This document shows positions 37,715 to 49,119 of a DNA stretch of 64,000 nt, piece by piece; the stretch's first letter is position 1, and the number at the start of each line of letters is the position of its first letter. This stretch comes from an uncultured beta proteobacterium (lineage in GTDB: Bacteria > Pseudomonadota > Gammaproteobacteria > Burkholderiales > Burkholderiaceae_F). The position numbers and the translations under genes are program-made. The notes below the pieces were generated by a model that made no database searches, had not been told where the DNA came from, and saw only the letters and a program-made list of their open reading frames with translations. Location of the stretch: positions 72,339 through 136,338 of the forward strand of contig CAVZJO010000002.1 in the NCBI GenBank assembly GCA_963775635.1, read 5' to 3'.

Positions 37715-38859
37715 TGTCCCCCCGCACGTGCGCATTCGTGGCCGGCGAAGCTTCCGGAGACCTGCTGGCGGCCGGTGTCGTCGCGGAGTTGCATCGACGC
37801 GATCCGTCGCTGGTCTGCGCCGGCGTCGGCGGCGACCGGATGATCGAGGCCGGCTTCGATGCGTGGCACCACGTGCGCGAAATCTCGGTGCGCGGCTATG
37901 TCGAGGTCCTGCGCCACCTGCCGCGGTTGCTACGGCTGAGGCGCGGACTTGCGCGCCGGCTCGGAGTCGAGCGGCCCGCCGTTTTCGTCGGTGTCGATGC
38001 GCCGGACTTCAACCTCGGCCTGGAGGAGCAGTTGCGCGGCCGCGGCGTGCACGTCGTTCACTTCGTCAGCCCGTCGATCTGGGCGTGGCGCAGCGAGCGC
38101 CTGGCGCAGATCCGCCGCGCAGTCGACCGCATGCTGCTGGTGTTTCCGTTCGAGCAGCGGATCTACGACGAGGCAGGCATCCCGGCGAACTACGTCGGCC
38201 ATCCGCTGGCCAGCCTGATTCCGTTCGTTCCCGACGCCGAGTCGGCGCGCACACGACTCGGCATCGCCGTCGAAGGTCCACTGGTCGCCGTGCTGCCCGG
38301 CTCGCGTGCGGACGAAGTCAGGCATCTGGCGCCAGTGTTCCTGGCGGCGATGGATCTGTTGCGGGAGCGCCAGCCGGGCATCCGTTTCGTTCTCCCGGCT
38401 GCTGATGCCGGACTGCGCGTCACGCTGGATGCGCAATTGCGGTCCCATGGTGCGCTGACTTCCTGCGTGACCGTCACCGACGGCCGCTCGCACGATTGCC
38501 TGGAGGCGGCCGACGTCGTGCTGGTCGCAAGCGGCACGGCAACGCTCGAAGCGGCGCTCTACAAACGTCCAATGGTGATCGCCTACCGGATGCCGGCTCT
38601 TTCGGCGTGGATCATGCGGCGCAAGGGCACAATTCCGTGGGTCGGTCTACCAAACATCCTGGCCGGTGAATCCCTAGTGCCCGAATTACTGCAGGACGAG
38701 GCGACCCCGCAAGCACTCGCCAGTGCGGTCAGCGCCTTGCTGGACGACAACGATCGACGCGCCCGGCTCGTCGAGCGATTTACGTCGCTGCATCACGCCT
38801 TGAAGCGCGATACCGCAGGGCTGGCCGCACAGGCGATACTCGAGGTCGCGCAGTCATGA
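37714..38859 (+). CDS. lpxB: lipid-A-disaccharide synthase
   Basis: 381 aa. The N-terminus [13 protein letters not shown], and VSPSIWAWR, are typical of LpxB. Confidence 0.9.
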   Translation: MSPRTCAFVAGEASGDLLAAGVVAELHRRDPSLVCAGVGGDRMIEAGFDAWHHVREISVRGYVEVLRHLPRLLRLRRGLARRLGVERPAVFVGVDAPDFNLGLEEQLRGRGVHVVHFVSPSIWAWRSERLAQIRRAVDRMLLVFPFEQRIYDEAGIPANYVGHPLASLIPFVPDAESARTRLGIAVEGPLVAVLPGSRADEVRHLAPVFLAAMDLLRERQPGIRFVLPAADAGLRVTLDAQLRSHGALTSCVTVTDGRSHDCLEAADVVLVASGTATLEAALYKRPMVIAYRMPALSAWIMRRKGTIPWVGLPNILAGESLVPELLQDEATPQALASAVSALLDDNDRRARLVERFTSLHHALKRDTAGLAAQAILEVAQS

Positions 38860-39515
38860 CCCGTTACCGCATCGGCCGCACTCTGGATCTGTTCGAGCAG
38901 GCAGCCCGCAGCAGTGGGCGCGTCTGCGGAATCGACGAGGCTGGGCGGGGTCCGCTGGCCGGGCCGGTGGTGGCTGCTGCCGTCATTCTCGACCCGGGCC
39001 GTCGAATCAACGGACTGGCCGACTCCAAGACGCTGACGCCGGAACGCCGTGAGGAACTGGCGGCGCGGATTCGCCAGCGTGCGATCGCATGCGCCGTTGC
39101 GTCGGCGAGCATCGAGGAAATCGACACGCTCAACATCCTGCAGGCGTCGCTGTTGGCGATGGCGCGTGCGGTTGACCTGCTGCAGGTGGCAGCGGAGTTT
39201 GCGCTCGTCGACGGCAACCAGCTGCCCCGACTGCCGATTCCGGGGCGCGCCATCGTGGCGGGCGATGCCTCGGAGCGTTGCATCTCAGCGGCATCGATCC
39301 TGGCGAAGACGGCGCGCGACGCGATGATGCGCGCGCTCGACGAGGCTCATCCCGGTTACGGCTTCGCCCAGCACATGGGCTATGGCACGCCAGAGCACCT
39401 GCGCTGCCTGCAGCAATTCGGCCCGTGCCCGATCCATCGGCGCAGCTTCGCACCGGTGCGGGAGGTGCTGGGCTTCGCCGCGGCGGACGGCAGTGCGCAT
39501 CACGTCCTCGGATAA
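38856..39515 (+). CDS. rnhB: ribonuclease HII
   Basis: 219 aa. [15 protein letters not shown] and [10 protein letters not shown] motifs. ATGA overlap with lpxB. Confidence 0.9.
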   Translation: MTRYRIGRTLDLFEQAARSSGRVCGIDEAGRGPLAGPVVAAAVILDPGRRINGLADSKTLTPERREELAARIRQRAIACAVASASIEEIDTLNILQASLLAMARAVDLLQVAAEFALVDGNQLPRLPIPGRAIVAGDASERCISAASILAKTARDAMMRALDEAHPGYGFAQHMGYGTPEHLRCLQQFGPCPIHRRSFAPVREVLGFAAADGSAHHVLG

Positions 39516-40272
39516 CCCGCTGTACCGCCACGTGCGGCGGCTCGCCGAATCGCCGCGCGCGTGCCGCACGGCGAAGCGCTCGATCGCCGAGGGGACGCAT
39601 CTGGTCGAAGCAGCACTGGTTGCCGGCGTTGGAATCGAGGCGGTGGTGCTTGCCGAGGATGCCGGCAGCGAAGTGCGCGTGCTGGGCGATCGGGTTTCGA
39701 TGGCGCGGCAGGTCCGGCTCGTTGAATTCTCGCGTGCGCTGTACGAAAGCATTTCGCCGGTCGAACATGGCGCGGGCATCCTTGCGGAGATCGCGATCGA
39801 GGTGCGCGTACTTCCGCGCGCTGAGGCGGCGGACGCCGTCTACCTCGATGCCGTGCAGGACCCGGGCAATGCCGGCGCACTGCTGCGCACGGCCGCAGCG
39901 GCCGGCGTGCAAAACGTTGCGGCTGCGTCGGGCACGGCGTTCCTCTGGGCTCCCAAGGTTCTGCGTGCAGCGATGGGTGCCCACTTTTCCCTGTCGATCT
40001 TCGAGGATGTTGCACCCGAGGCGGTGGCCGCGGCTTTCACCGGCGAACGCCTGGCCGCCGATGCGTGCGCTGGCGAGTCGCTCTACGCCTCGACCTGGGG
40101 AGCAGGCCCGACAGTCTGGATGTTCGGCTCGGAGGGGCAGGGGTTGTCGGCGGCGTCGCTCGCGCAGGCGCAGCGGCGACTGCGCATCCCGATCGACTCG
40201 CGCGTCGAGTCCCTCAACGTAGCTGCGGCTGCCGCCGTGTGCCTGTTCGAGCAGCGACGGCGGCGGATTTGA
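39493..40272 (+). CDS. TrmH/SpoU-family RNA 2'-O-methyltransferase
   Basis: SpoU motifs ([49 protein letters not shown]). GTG 39493 ([11 protein letters not shown]) is chosen as the start and is uncertain. Confidence 0.7.
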   Translation: MRITSSDNPLYRHVRRLAESPRACRTAKRSIAEGTHLVEAALVAGVGIEAVVLAEDAGSEVRVLGDRVSMARQVRLVEFSRALYESISPVEHGAGILAEIAIEVRVLPRAEAADAVYLDAVQDPGNAGALLRTAAAAGVQNVAAASGTAFLWAPKVLRAAMGAHFSLSIFEDVAPEAVAAAFTGERLAADACAGESLYASTWGAGPTVWMFGSEGQGLSAASLAQAQRRLRIPIDSRVESLNVAAAAAVCLFEQRRRRI

Positions 40273-40275
40273 TCG

Positions 40276-40575
40276 TCAGATGTAACTGACGTCCACGCAG
40301 ACGAAGTTGCCGGCAGGGTCCTTGTTGAACTCGACCACGGTCTTCTCGTCGACGGTGTTCATGTTGTCGGGATTGAAGGTCTTCTTGTTGTAGACATAGC
40401 GGGGCCGCTCGGGCGACGAGCGGTCTTCCGAATCGGGTTTGCCGAAGGCCTTGCTCACCTCCTCCGGCGTTTTGTCGATCACTTTTCCATAGAAAACACC
40501 GCGCTGGAATCCACCTTCACCGCATCCGGCGATGGCGACTGCAAGTGCGGCTGCTGCAAGAATTCTGATGAGCAT
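40276..40575 (-). CDS. small lipoprotein, unknown function
   Basis: 99 aa. Signal peptide with lipobox LAVAIAG|C. Confidence 0.6.
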   Translation of the reverse strand: MLIRILAAAALAVAIAGCGEGGFQRGVFYGKVIDKTPEEVSKAFGKPDSEDRSSPERPRYVYNKKTFNPDNMNTVDEKTVVEFNKDPAGNFVCVDVSYI

Positions 40576-40692
40576 GGCGTTCCCTTAAGTTGTTCGCACT
40601 GAACCGCAGGCAGATTAGGGGAGGAGCCTTACGGGCAGCTTGCAGCCGCGTGGCATAGCGGCGCAGATGACCCAGATCAAACGAGACGGCGC

Positions 40693-41544
40693 TCAGTACG
40701 AGCGGCGGTCGAGGCGGACCTCCTGCATGATGGTCGCGGCGATCTCCTCGATCGACTTGGTTGTCGACGACAGCCAGCGAATGCCTTCGCGTCTCATCAT
40801 CCGCTCGGCGGCGTCAACCTCGTAGCGGCAGTTCTCGAGCGCCGCATAGCGACTATTGGGCCGGCGCTCGTTGCGAACCTCCGCCAGCCGTTCCGGCGCG
40901 ATCGACAGGCCGAAGGTCTTGCCCTTGTAAGGCGGCAGCGCGGTCGGCAGCTGGTTACGTTCGAAATCCTCCGGAATCAGCGGGTAGTTGGCAGCCTTCA
41001 CGCCGTATTGCATGGCGAGATAGAGCGTGGTCGGCGTCTTGCCGGACCGGGAGACGCCGACCAGGATCACATCGGCCCTTTCGAGGCCCTTGGCCGACTG
41101 GCCGTCGTCGTGCGCCATCGCGAAATTGATGGCCTCGATCCGGTTCTTGTACTCATCGGAGTTGGTGGCGATGTTGTGCGACCGACCGACTGTGTGGGTC
41201 GACTTCAGGCCGAGCTCACGCTCCAGCGGCTCGACGAAGGTCTCGAACATCTCAATGAAAAAACCGTCGGACGCCTCCCGCAGGGCCGCCGCAATGCCGG
41301 GGTCGACCAACGTCGAGAACACGATGGCGCGCTTGCCATCGCGCTTGCCGGCTTCGTTGATGCGGTGCGCCGCATCCTGGGCCTTCTCGATCGAATCGAT
41401 GAAAGGCAGCCGCTGCGGGCGGTAGCGCAGGTGCTCGAACTGCGTGAGGACGCTGTGTCCGAGCGTCTCGGCGGTGATGCCGGTGCCGTCCGAAACGAAG
41501 AACACGGTCCGGTCGAACGTGCCGGTTGTGGTGTCGGGCATCAA
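40693..41544 (-). CDS. ppsR: PEP synthase regulatory protein (kinase/pyrophosphorylase, DUF299)
   Basis: 283 aa. [12 protein letters not shown] and P-loop GVSRSGKTP motifs. Divergent from ppsA, as in other proteobacteria. Confidence 0.85.
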   Translation of the reverse strand: MMPDTTTGTFDRTVFFVSDGTGITAETLGHSVLTQFEHLRYRPQRLPFIDSIEKAQDAAHRINEAGKRDGKRAIVFSTLVDPGIAAALREASDGFFIEMFETFVEPLERELGLKSTHTVGRSHNIATNSDEYKNRIEAINFAMAHDDGQSAKGLERADVILVGVSRSGKTPTTLYLAMQYGVKAANYPLIPEDFERNQLPTALPPYKGKTFGLSIAPERLAEVRNERRPNSRYAALENCRYEVDAAERMMRREGIRWLSSTTKSIEEIAATIMQEVRLDRRSY

Positions 41545-41631
41545 GTCCTCACTGGTGCGGCGCGGTATCGAGGCGAGCGTGCTCGGTAGAATCGGCGGAT
41601 TCTAGACACACGAACAAGACCGGGAGAGGGC

Positions 41632-44049
41632 ATGCCGCGCGGGGCGCACGTCGTACCGTTCAACGAACTGAGGATGACCGACGTCGAGCGGGTCGGCGGA
41701 AAGAATGCGTCGCTGGGCGAAATGCTGAGCCAGCTTTCGGCAGCGGATATTCGGGTGCCCGACGGCTTCGCGACGACAGCCGATGCGTTCCGCGCCTTTA
41801 TCGATGGTGGTGGTCTGCGTGAGCGCATCGCTGGCGCGCTTGACCGTCTCGATGTCGACGATGTTCGGGCACTGGCGCGTACCGGTGCCGAGATCCGCTC
41901 CTGGCTGGTTGATACACCGTTTCCGGCCGAGTTGGAACGCGCTATTCGTCATTCATTTCAACAGCTTATAGAAGATTCTTCAAGCGAAATATCATTCGCG
42001 GTGCGGTCGAGCGCGACTGCCGAAGATCTGCCCGATGCCTCATTTGCCGGCCAGCAGGAGACCTTCCTGAACGTGGTCGGCATCGACGCGATTCTCGATC
42101 GGATCAAGCATGTGTTCGCGTCGCTCTACAACGACCGGGCGATCGCGTACCGAGTACACAAGGGGTTCGCGCATGCGGACGTTGCGCTGTCGGCCGGCGT
42201 GCAGCGCATGGTGCGGTCCGACCGCGGCGCCGCCGGCGTGATGTTCACGATGGACACCGAATCGGGGTTTCGCGATGTCGTCTTCATCACATCCAGCTAC
42301 GGCCTGGGCGAGACCGTGGTGCAGGGTGCCGTCAATCCGGACGAGTTCTACGTGCACAAGCCGATGCTGGCAGCGGGCAAGCATCCGATCATTCGCAAGT
42401 CGCTTGGCTCGAAGCTGATCCGGATGGAGTTCGAACCGGCGCCGAGCGCGGCCCGCACGGTACGTACGATCGACGTCAGTGAGGCCGAGCGCCACCGCTT
42501 TTCGCTGACCGACGCCGACGTGATAGAGCTTGCCCGCTATGCGGTCACGATCGAGCAGCACTACGGGCGGCCGATGGACATCGAATGGGGCAAGGACGGC
42601 CTGGACGGGCGCATCTACATCCTGCAGGCACGGCCAGAGACCGTGAAGTCGCAGGCGCACGGCGACACTCATCAGCGATTCAAGCTCAAGGACAAGGGCA
42701 AGGTGCTGGCGTCGGGCCGGGCGATCGGACAGAAGATCGGTATCGGCTCGGTGCGCAACATCGTCAATGCCAGCGAAATGGAGCGGGTGCAACCGGGCGA
42801 CGTGCTGGTGACCGACATGACCGATCCCAACTGGGAGCCGGTGATGAAACGCGCCGCGGCGATCGTAACCAACCGCGGGGGGCGCACCTGCCACGCCGCG
42901 ATCATCGCCCGCGAACTCGGCATCCCGGCCGTCGTCGGCTGTGGAGATGCGACCGAACTGCTCGGCGATGCGACCCTCGTCACAGTCTCGTGCGCCGAGG
43001 GCGACACCGGCATGGTCTACGCCGGCGCGCTCGAAATGGAGGTCGAGTCGCTGCAGCAGGGCAAGCTGCCGCCGATCCCGGTCAAGCTGATGATGAACGT
43101 CGGCAATCCGCAGCTGGCGTTCGACTTCCAGTCGCTGCCGAATGACGGCGTGGGGCTGGCCCGCCTCGAATTCATCATCAACAACAACATCGGCGTGCAT
43201 CCGAAGGCAGTGCTCGACTATCCGGACGTCGACCATGATCTGAAGATCGCGGTCGAGCGGCTTTCGGCCGGCTACGAATCGCCGCGCGCGTTCTTCGAGG
43301 CCAAGCTCGCCGAGGGCATCGCCACCATCGGCGCGGCCTTCTGGCCCAAGCCGGTCATTGTTCGCATGTCGGATTTCAAGAGCAACGAATACAAGAAGCT
43401 GATCGGCGGGTCGCGCTACGAGCCGGACGAGGAGAATCCGATGCTCGGGTTCCGCGGCGCTGCGCGCTACATCGCGCAGTCGTTCCGCGAGTGCTTCCGC
43501 ATGGAGGCGGCGGCACTCAAGCGCGTGCGCGAAGTGATGGGCCTGACGAACGTCGAGATCATGGTCCCGTTCGTGCGCACGCTCGAGGAAGCCCGGCGTG
43601 TCACCGAATTGCTGGCGGAACACGGGCTGCAGCGGGGCAGTGGTGCAGCGACCGATGGCAACGGTGGGTTGCGGCTGATCATGATGTGCGAGGTTCCTTC
43701 GAATGCGGTGCTGGCTGACCAGTTCCTGGACTATTTCGACGGCTTCTCAATCGGTTCGAATGACCTGACCCAGCTGACGCTCGGACTGGACCGCGACTCC
43801 GCGCTGGTCGCCGAGGGCTTCGACGAGCGCGATCCCGCCGTCAAGGCCCTGCTGAGCCAGGCGATCGCGGCGTGTCGGGCCCGTGGCAAGTACATCGGCA
43901 TCTGCGGCCAGGGCCCGTCGGACCATGCAGACTTCGCCGAGTGGCTGATGGAGCAGGGCATCGAGTCGATTTCGCTCAATCCAGACACCGTGATTTCCAC
44001 CTGGAAGTTGCTGGCCCGTCGGACGGAGCCTGCGCCTCCCCGCGCGTGA
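41632..44049 (+). CDS. ppsA: phosphoenolpyruvate synthase
   Basis: 805 aa. [35 protein letters not shown], phospho-His region [18 protein letters not shown] and a C-terminal PEP-utilising domain. Confidence 0.9.
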   Translation: MPRGAHVVPFNELRMTDVERVGGKNASLGEMLSQLSAADIRVPDGFATTADAFRAFIDGGGLRERIAGALDRLDVDDVRALARTGAEIRSWLVDTPFPAELERAIRHSFQQLIEDSSSEISFAVRSSATAEDLPDASFAGQQETFLNVVGIDAILDRIKHVFASLYNDRAIAYRVHKGFAHADVALSAGVQRMVRSDRGAAGVMFTMDTESGFRDVVFITSSYGLGETVVQGAVNPDEFYVHKPMLAAGKHPIIRKSLGSKLIRMEFEPAPSAARTVRTIDVSEAERHRFSLTDADVIELARYAVTIEQHYGRPMDIEWGKDGLDGRIYILQARPETVKSQAHGDTHQRFKLKDKGKVLASGRAIGQKIGIGSVRNIVNASEMERVQPGDVLVTDMTDPNWEPVMKRAAAIVTNRGGRTCHAAIIARELGIPAVVGCGDATELLGDATLVTVSCAEGDTGMVYAGALEMEVESLQQGKLPPIPVKLMMNVGNPQLAFDFQSLPNDGVGLARLEFIINNNIGVHPKAVLDYPDVDHDLKIAVERLSAGYESPRAFFEAKLAEGIATIGAAFWPKPVIVRMSDFKSNEYKKLIGGSRYEPDEENPMLGFRGAARYIAQSFRECFRMEAAALKRVREVMGLTNVEIMVPFVRTLEEARRVTELLAEHGLQRGSGAATDGNGGLRLIMMCEVPSNAVLADQFLDYFDGFSIGSNDLTQLTLGLDRDSALVAEGFDERDPAVKALLSQAIAACRARGKYIGICGQGPSDHADFAEWLMEQGIESISLNPDTVISTWKLLARRTEPAPPRA

Positions 44050-44081
44050 ACCGCGCGGCCGCAGACAAGCAAGGAACCGAC

Positions 44082-44510
44082 ATGGACAGCTACATTGTGT
44101 GGTTCGTCGTGGCGTTCGGCCTGCTGGTGGCCGAGCTGCTGACCGGGACTTTTTACCTGCTGGTGATCGCCGTCGGTCTGGCGGCGGCCGGACTGGCAGC
44201 GCTCGCCGGCGCCCCGGCCGCGTTGCAGTTCGTCGTGGCCGCGGCGATCGGACTGGCGGGATCGCTGTGGCTGCGATCGACGCGCTTCGGCAGGCGACTG
44301 CACGAACGCGGCGACGATCGCGTGCAGAACATGGACATCGGCCAGTCGCTGTACGTGGACAACTGGACGGCGGCACGCACCGCACGCGCCAATTATCGCG
44401 GCGCCGTGTGGGACGTCGAACTGGCGCCGGGCGAGCAACCGGCCAGCGGAGAATTCGTCATTCGCGACATCCAGGCCAACCGGCTGATCGTCGCCCCGAA
44501 GTTGCGCTAA
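44082..44510 (+). CDS. NfeD family membrane protein
   Basis: Start is MDSYIVWFVV at ATG 44082. Two or three TM helices, then an OB-like C-terminal domain. Sits immediately upstream of the SPFH gene. Confidence 0.7.
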   Translation: MDSYIVWFVVAFGLLVAELLTGTFYLLVIAVGLAAAGLAALAGAPAALQFVVAAAIGLAGSLWLRSTRFGRRLHERGDDRVQNMDIGQSLYVDNWTAARTARANYRGAVWDVELAPGEQPASGEFVIRDIQANRLIVAPKLR

Positions 44511-44531
44511 AGACAGGTTCCAGGAGCAACC

Positions 44532-45476
44532 ATGCCTTTTCTTCCGTTCGACGGCGTTTCCATCATCGCGATCATCGTGCTGGTGGTGGCGGTCACCTTT
44601 GTCATCAAGGCCGTCAAGGTCGTGCCGCAGCAGAACGCGTGGGTTGTCGAACGACTCGGCAAGTTCCACGCGGTGCTGCAGCCCGGGCTGAACATCGTGA
44701 TTCCCTTCGTCGATCGGCTCGCCTACAAGCACAGCCTGAAGGAGGTTCCGCTCGACACGCCCAGCCAGGTCTGCATCACCAAGGACAACACTCAGTTGCA
44801 GGTCGACGGCGTCCTGTATTTCCAGGTGACCGATCCGCAGCGCGCTTCCTACGGCGCCAGCAACTACATCCTGGCGATCACGCAACTCGCCCAGACGACG
44901 CTGCGCTCGGTGATCGGCAAGCTCGAACTCGACAAGACGTTCGAGGAGCGAGACTTCATCAACCACAGCGTCGTCAGCGCGATCGACGAAGCGGCGATGA
45001 ACTGGGGCGTCAAGGTGCTGCGCTACGAGATCAAGGACATCACGCCGCCGGCGGCGATTCTGCATGCGATGCAGGCACAGATTACCGCCGAGCGGGAAAA
45101 GCGCGCGCTGATCGCGTCGTCCGAGGGACGCAAGCAGGAGCAGATCAACATCGCAACCGGTGCGCGCGAAGCGGAGATCGCGCGGTCGGAGGGTGAGAAG
45201 CAGGCGCAGATCAACATTGCGCAGGGCGAGGCGGGCGCAGTGCTCGCCGTCGCCGAAGCCACCGCGCGCGCAATCCAGATGGTTGCAGAAACCATCCGCC
45301 AGCCGGGAGGTATGGAAGCAGTGAATCTGCGCGTGGCCGACCGCTACGTCGACGCGTTCGGCAACCTGGCAAAGACCAACAACACGCTGATCCTTCCGGC
45401 CAACCTGGCCGATGTCGGCGGCCTGATCGCCGCGGCGATGTCGGTGGTCAAGAGCCAGCGGGTCCAGCAGGCCTAA
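44532..45476 (+). CDS. SPFH/band-7 (stomatin/paraslipin-like) protein
   Basis: 314 aa. N-terminal TM helix, SPFH core (VVPQQNAWVVERLGKF...), then an Ala/Glu-rich coiled coil. AGGAG RBS. Confidence 0.85.
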   Translation: MPFLPFDGVSIIAIIVLVVAVTFVIKAVKVVPQQNAWVVERLGKFHAVLQPGLNIVIPFVDRLAYKHSLKEVPLDTPSQVCITKDNTQLQVDGVLYFQVTDPQRASYGASNYILAITQLAQTTLRSVIGKLELDKTFEERDFINHSVVSAIDEAAMNWGVKVLRYEIKDITPPAAILHAMQAQITAEREKRALIASSEGRKQEQINIATGAREAEIARSEGEKQAQINIAQGEAGAVLAVAEATARAIQMVAETIRQPGGMEAVNLRVADRYVDAFGNLAKTNNTLILPANLADVGGLIAAAMSVVKSQRVQQA

Positions 45477-45485
45477 GGAATGAGC

Positions 45486-46960
45486 CTATAGCTGATAGTC
45501 CATCGCCAGCCGTGATTGCAGGTCGCGGGCGATCCGGAAAGCCTCCTTCAACGATAGCCGATCCAGCTTGTTGAGCTTGTCCGGGTCAATCCGGTTCGGT
45601 TCGCCGTTGGAAGCAAGCGAATCGAGGCCAGCCTGGTGTGTGAGCCGGATGCGCTGGATCAGGTAAAACGCCGCCAGCATCGACTGCGTTTCATCGTTCG
45701 GCAGCGCGCCGATGGAGCCGGCACCGCGCAGCCGGTCTGCGGTGTTTGTCTGCGGCAGGGCGTAGGCGAGCGAATACACGCGTGCCGCATCGACGAAGGG
45801 GCGCACGCCGTACATCTTCAGGTTGATCGTGCCCGGCGTAGTTCGGCACGTCTTCGGTGATGAAGTCGCGCCAACGGGCAAGGGGCGGTTTTGCCTGGAG
45901 CGCGTTTTCCGCCATCAGGCGCAGGAAGTTCGGCCGCTTGCGTGTGACGTCGAGAAACCAGCGGCGCAGATCCGACGCCAATCGCGCGTCACCGTACAAC
46001 GCACGGAAGTCGAAGCATATCGCTGCATCGAGCAGAGCCTTCGGTTCCGAGTCGGAGAGCCAACCTTCGAGCTTGGATTTCCACTCCGCCATCGACAGGC
46101 ACAGCTCCGGGTTTGAAGCCATTACGTTGCCCTTGCAGAGCGGAAAACCGCAGGCATCGAGCGCCTCATTGACCTCACGTGCAAACGGCAAAAGGTGCTC
46201 GCGCACGCGGGCCGGCACCGGTGTCCTCATGAGCAACAAATACGATCCCGTTGTCCTGGTCAGTGGCAAAAGTCTGCTCGAGTCGCCCCTCGCTGCCGAA
46301 GGCAAGCCAGCACCAGCCGATACGATCCCAACTATGACGCCTGCGCACGAGCTCGATGATTCGCTCGCAGATGCGGTCGTTCAAGACTGACACGAACAGC
46401 GTCAACTGCTCGGCGCCGACGCCCTGTTCGAGCAGGATCCGCGTCAACTGTCGCACCCGCTCGGCCAGGCCGGCCAGCGTCGAGACGTCACGTGCCAGTC
46501 GGATTTCCATCGTCAGCTCGCCCAGGCCGAGGCGTTGCAGCGAAAACAGATCCCGTTCCGAGATCACGCCGACAAGCTGTTGGTCGCGCTCGACGAGCAC
46601 GTGACGGATACCGTGCTTGATCATCAACAATGCAGCTTCATACGAGGGCGTATGGTCGGGCAGCGACAGCGGGTCCTTCGACATGACATCGGTCACCGGC
46701 GCGTCGAGTTGCTGCTGCAATGTCGCTCGCACCAGGTCGCGTTCGGTGAAGACTCCGGTCGGGCGCTTGCGGTCGTCGACAATGACGATCGCGCCGACTT
46801 GCTCGTCGTGCATCCGCTGCACAGCGCTGCGAACCGTGTCCCATTCGCTGCAAACCAGAGGTGCGCCGCGCAGAAGACTCCGCAGGGGCTGCGCCAGCGT
46901 CTGCTGCTCACCCGCCAGGCGGTCTGGCTTGCCGATCGGAGTCGGAGAGGGATCGGCCAC
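45486..46960 (-). pseudogene. CBS-pair + DUF294 putative nucleotidyltransferase, split over three frames (two +1 breaks)
   Basis: ORFs 46175..46960 (CBS pair, then the NTase motif AFGSEGRLEQTFATDQDN), 45691..46305 (CGFPLCKGNVMASNPE...) and 45486..45881 (DUF294_C-like ...INLKMYGVRPFVDAARVY...) are collinear. The span is 1475 nt, which is 3n+2. Confidence 0.65.
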
Positions 46961-46974
46961 AGTGGCGTTTCGTT

Positions 46975-49119
46975 TCAGTATTCGAGGCGCGCAAGGTAGC
47001 TCGCGCGAGATGCATCGAGCGCCTGCGCCAGCGTGACAATGCCGCGTTCGGCGAGCAGCGGCAGCAGGCGCAGGAAGACTTCGGCGGTCACCAGTGCATC
47101 GCCGAGCGCGGTGTGCCGACCGATCACGCGCACGCCGACACGCTCGGCGATCGCATCCAGATCGTGGTTGTCCAGGCTCGGGTGCACCACCGCCGACAGC
47201 AGCAGCGTATCGAGCACCGGCTGGCCGAAGTGCACACCGGCGACACCCTCCTTCAGTTCGAGAAACCGCATATCGAAGGCGGCGTTGTGCGCCACGAGCA
47301 CGGTGTCCTCGCAGAAGCGGTAGAAGCGCGGCAGCACCTGTTCGATCGGCGGCTCATTGAGCAGCTGACGCGCGTCGATTCCGTGCACGGCAGTCGATTC
47401 GCGGCTGATCGAGCGGCGCGGGTTGACCAGCTGCTCGAAGACCTCTTGCTTCAGCAAACGGCCGTTGACGATCCGAACGGCGCCCAGCGAGATGACTTCG
47501 TCGCCCGCCGACGGCTCCAACCCGGTCGTTTCGGTATCGAATACGGTGTAAGAGAGTTCCGCGAGCTTGCGTTCGGCAAGTGCGCCGGCCGTATCGAGTC
47601 GATCGAACAGGTCGAAGTCGTAGAACTCCGGCCGACTTTCAGCGGTGCTTGTCCTGTACGCCAGCGCAGCGGGGGCTTCGCCGCGCGGCAGCAGGAAATG
47701 GAAGCGGGAGGTCTGGCGGATTTTGTCGACCTGCAGCCATGCCTCGGCGCCGTGGCGCTCGAGCACGGCGCGCAGCGACAGCGGCGTTTCTTCGGTTCCT
47801 ACGCGCATCGGTTCGCTTTCCCACAGCGAAAGCGCATCGCTGCTGACGATGGCGCCTGTCCAGATCAGGTCCACCTCGGCGAAGCCGCCACTGCTGCCGG
47901 CGCGCAGCCGAAAACCGTAGATCGTGTAGTCGCCGGCGAGCCTTGCGGCCAGAAAGGTCATCGCCTGCACGATCGCAAAGCTGTCAACGCGCACCCACAG
48001 GTTGGCGTCGGCATCCTCAACTGAGACCGGAAGCTGCAGCGCTTCGCTGATGTGCCGCTGCACCACGGCCAGCAGGTCGACCGCGCGCATGTCCTCCAGC
48101 GTCAGGCTGCCCTTCAGTGCGTCAGCATATTCGCGCAGCGCCGTGTTCAGGCGCTCGGTCAGCACTCGCGACTCGGCGACGGCGATGTCGACGAACTGGG
48201 TGCGCTGGCCGACCGGCATGTCCGGGTATGCCGCGATGTTCTCGGCCGCTGCGCGCAGGTTGGCGGCCGGCGCCCGCATGCCGGTCGCGAGCGACTGCAA
48301 CAGGCGCAGGCTCTGAGCTTCGCGGCCGACCAGGCCGCTGACGTCATCGAAGGTGAATACCATGCCAGCGACTCGCCGCTCCGTCCCGAGAAACGGTACC
48401 ACCAGCACGCGCAGCAGGGCGCCATTGGCGACCGACACCACGAAGCGCGCATGCGGACGATCGACGTGATCGAGCTGCTGCTGGATCACGTCCAATGCAT
48501 GCGCAACCTGATTGCGATCGAGCAACGCGAGCACCGATCGCCCGAGGCCGAGCGGTTTGTAATCGCCGCGGGCCGCGCTGCCTGCAGGTGGCGCCAGCAG
48601 CGCGGCGGCGCGCGGGTTGTACAGCAGAATGCGCCCGTCGGCGTTGCAGACCAGCACACCCTGCGAAAGCTCCGACATCAGCGCCGCAAAGCGGTCACGT
48701 TCCTCCTCGACACGCGCCCGGGTCTCGGCGCTGCGCTGATCGAGATCGTGTTCGATGCGATGGTAGGCGTCGGCCAGCTGGTTGATGGCGGAGGCGACAT
48801 CGGCCAATTCCGGCGCATCGGCTGTTGCAACTCGAAAGCCGCGTTCGGCAGCCAGCAGGCTGCGCGCCTGTTCGGCGAGCTGGCGTGCCGCGTGCGAATA
48901 ACGCCAAAACAGCCAGTGCCCCAACATCCCGGCGACCGCCAACAGGATCATCGTTCCGAACGCGAGCAGCGGCGCCGTCTCGCTGACCAGTGCGCTCAGG
49001 CTTGCCCGCAGTTCAGGGCCGGCTGCCAGATGGACCAGCAGCGCCCCCGCCGCCAGCACCACGAGCACGCCAACGCACGAGCTCAGTATCCAGATCGCGA
49101 CGCCGCGCCATCGTTTCAT
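46975..49119 (-). CDS. membrane HAMP-PAS-degenerate histidine-kinase-like sensor fused to a DnaQ-type DEDDh 3'-5' exonuclease
   Basis: Start is MKRWRGVAIW at ATG 49117-49119, in an ATGA overlap with the receiver stop. Two TM helices are followed by a PAS-like region. The DHp-like helix has Thr where His is expected (LATGMRAPAANLR). The C-terminus has Exo I FDTETTGL, Exo II VAHNAAFDMRFL and Exo III HTALGDAL. Confidence 0.7.
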   Translation of the reverse strand: MKRWRGVAIWILSSCVGVLVVLAAGALLVHLAAGPELRASLSALVSETAPLLAFGTMILLAVAGMLGHWLFWRYSHAARQLAEQARSLLAAERGFRVATADAPELADVASAINQLADAYHRIEHDLDQRSAETRARVEEERDRFAALMSELSQGVLVCNADGRILLYNPRAAALLAPPAGSAARGDYKPLGLGRSVLALLDRNQVAHALDVIQQQLDHVDRPHARFVVSVANGALLRVLVVPFLGTERRVAGMVFTFDDVSGLVGREAQSLRLLQSLATGMRAPAANLRAAAENIAAYPDMPVGQRTQFVDIAVAESRVLTERLNTALREYADALKGSLTLEDMRAVDLLAVVQRHISEALQLPVSVEDADANLWVRVDSFAIVQAMTFLAARLAGDYTIYGFRLRAGSSGGFAEVDLIWTGAIVSSDALSLWESEPMRVGTEETPLSLRAVLERHGAEAWLQVDKIRQTSRFHFLLPRGEAPAALAYRTSTAESRPEFYDFDLFDRLDTAGALAERKLAELSYTVFDTETTGLEPSAGDEVISLGAVRIVNGRLLKQEVFEQLVNPRRSISRESTAVHGIDARQLLNEPPIEQVLPRFYRFCEDTVLVAHNAAFDMRFLELKEGVAGVHFGQPVLDTLLLSAVVHPSLDNHDLDAIAERVGVRVIGRHTALGDALVTAEVFLRLLPLLAERGIVTLAQALDASRASYLARLEY

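Noticed and set aside
41941-41995. Strikingly AT-rich ~55-nt patch (cattcatttcaacagcttatagaagattcttcaagcgaaatatcattc) inside GC-rich ppsA. I considered a foreign insertion or a hidden element.
   Set aside because: The patch stays in frame. Its translation ([19 protein letters not shown]) aligns position-for-position with the variable loop preceding the conserved [11 protein letters not shown] motif of PpsA. A similar AT-rich patch occurs in rseP (~32285-32320). Local codon-usage oddity is the simpler explanation.
43872-44510. 212-aa version of the NfeD ORF starting inside ppsA.
   Set aside because: The first 70 codons overlap the ppsA 3' end in another frame and look non-coding. The hydrophobic NfeD N-terminus begins at ATG 44082, just after the ppsA stop.
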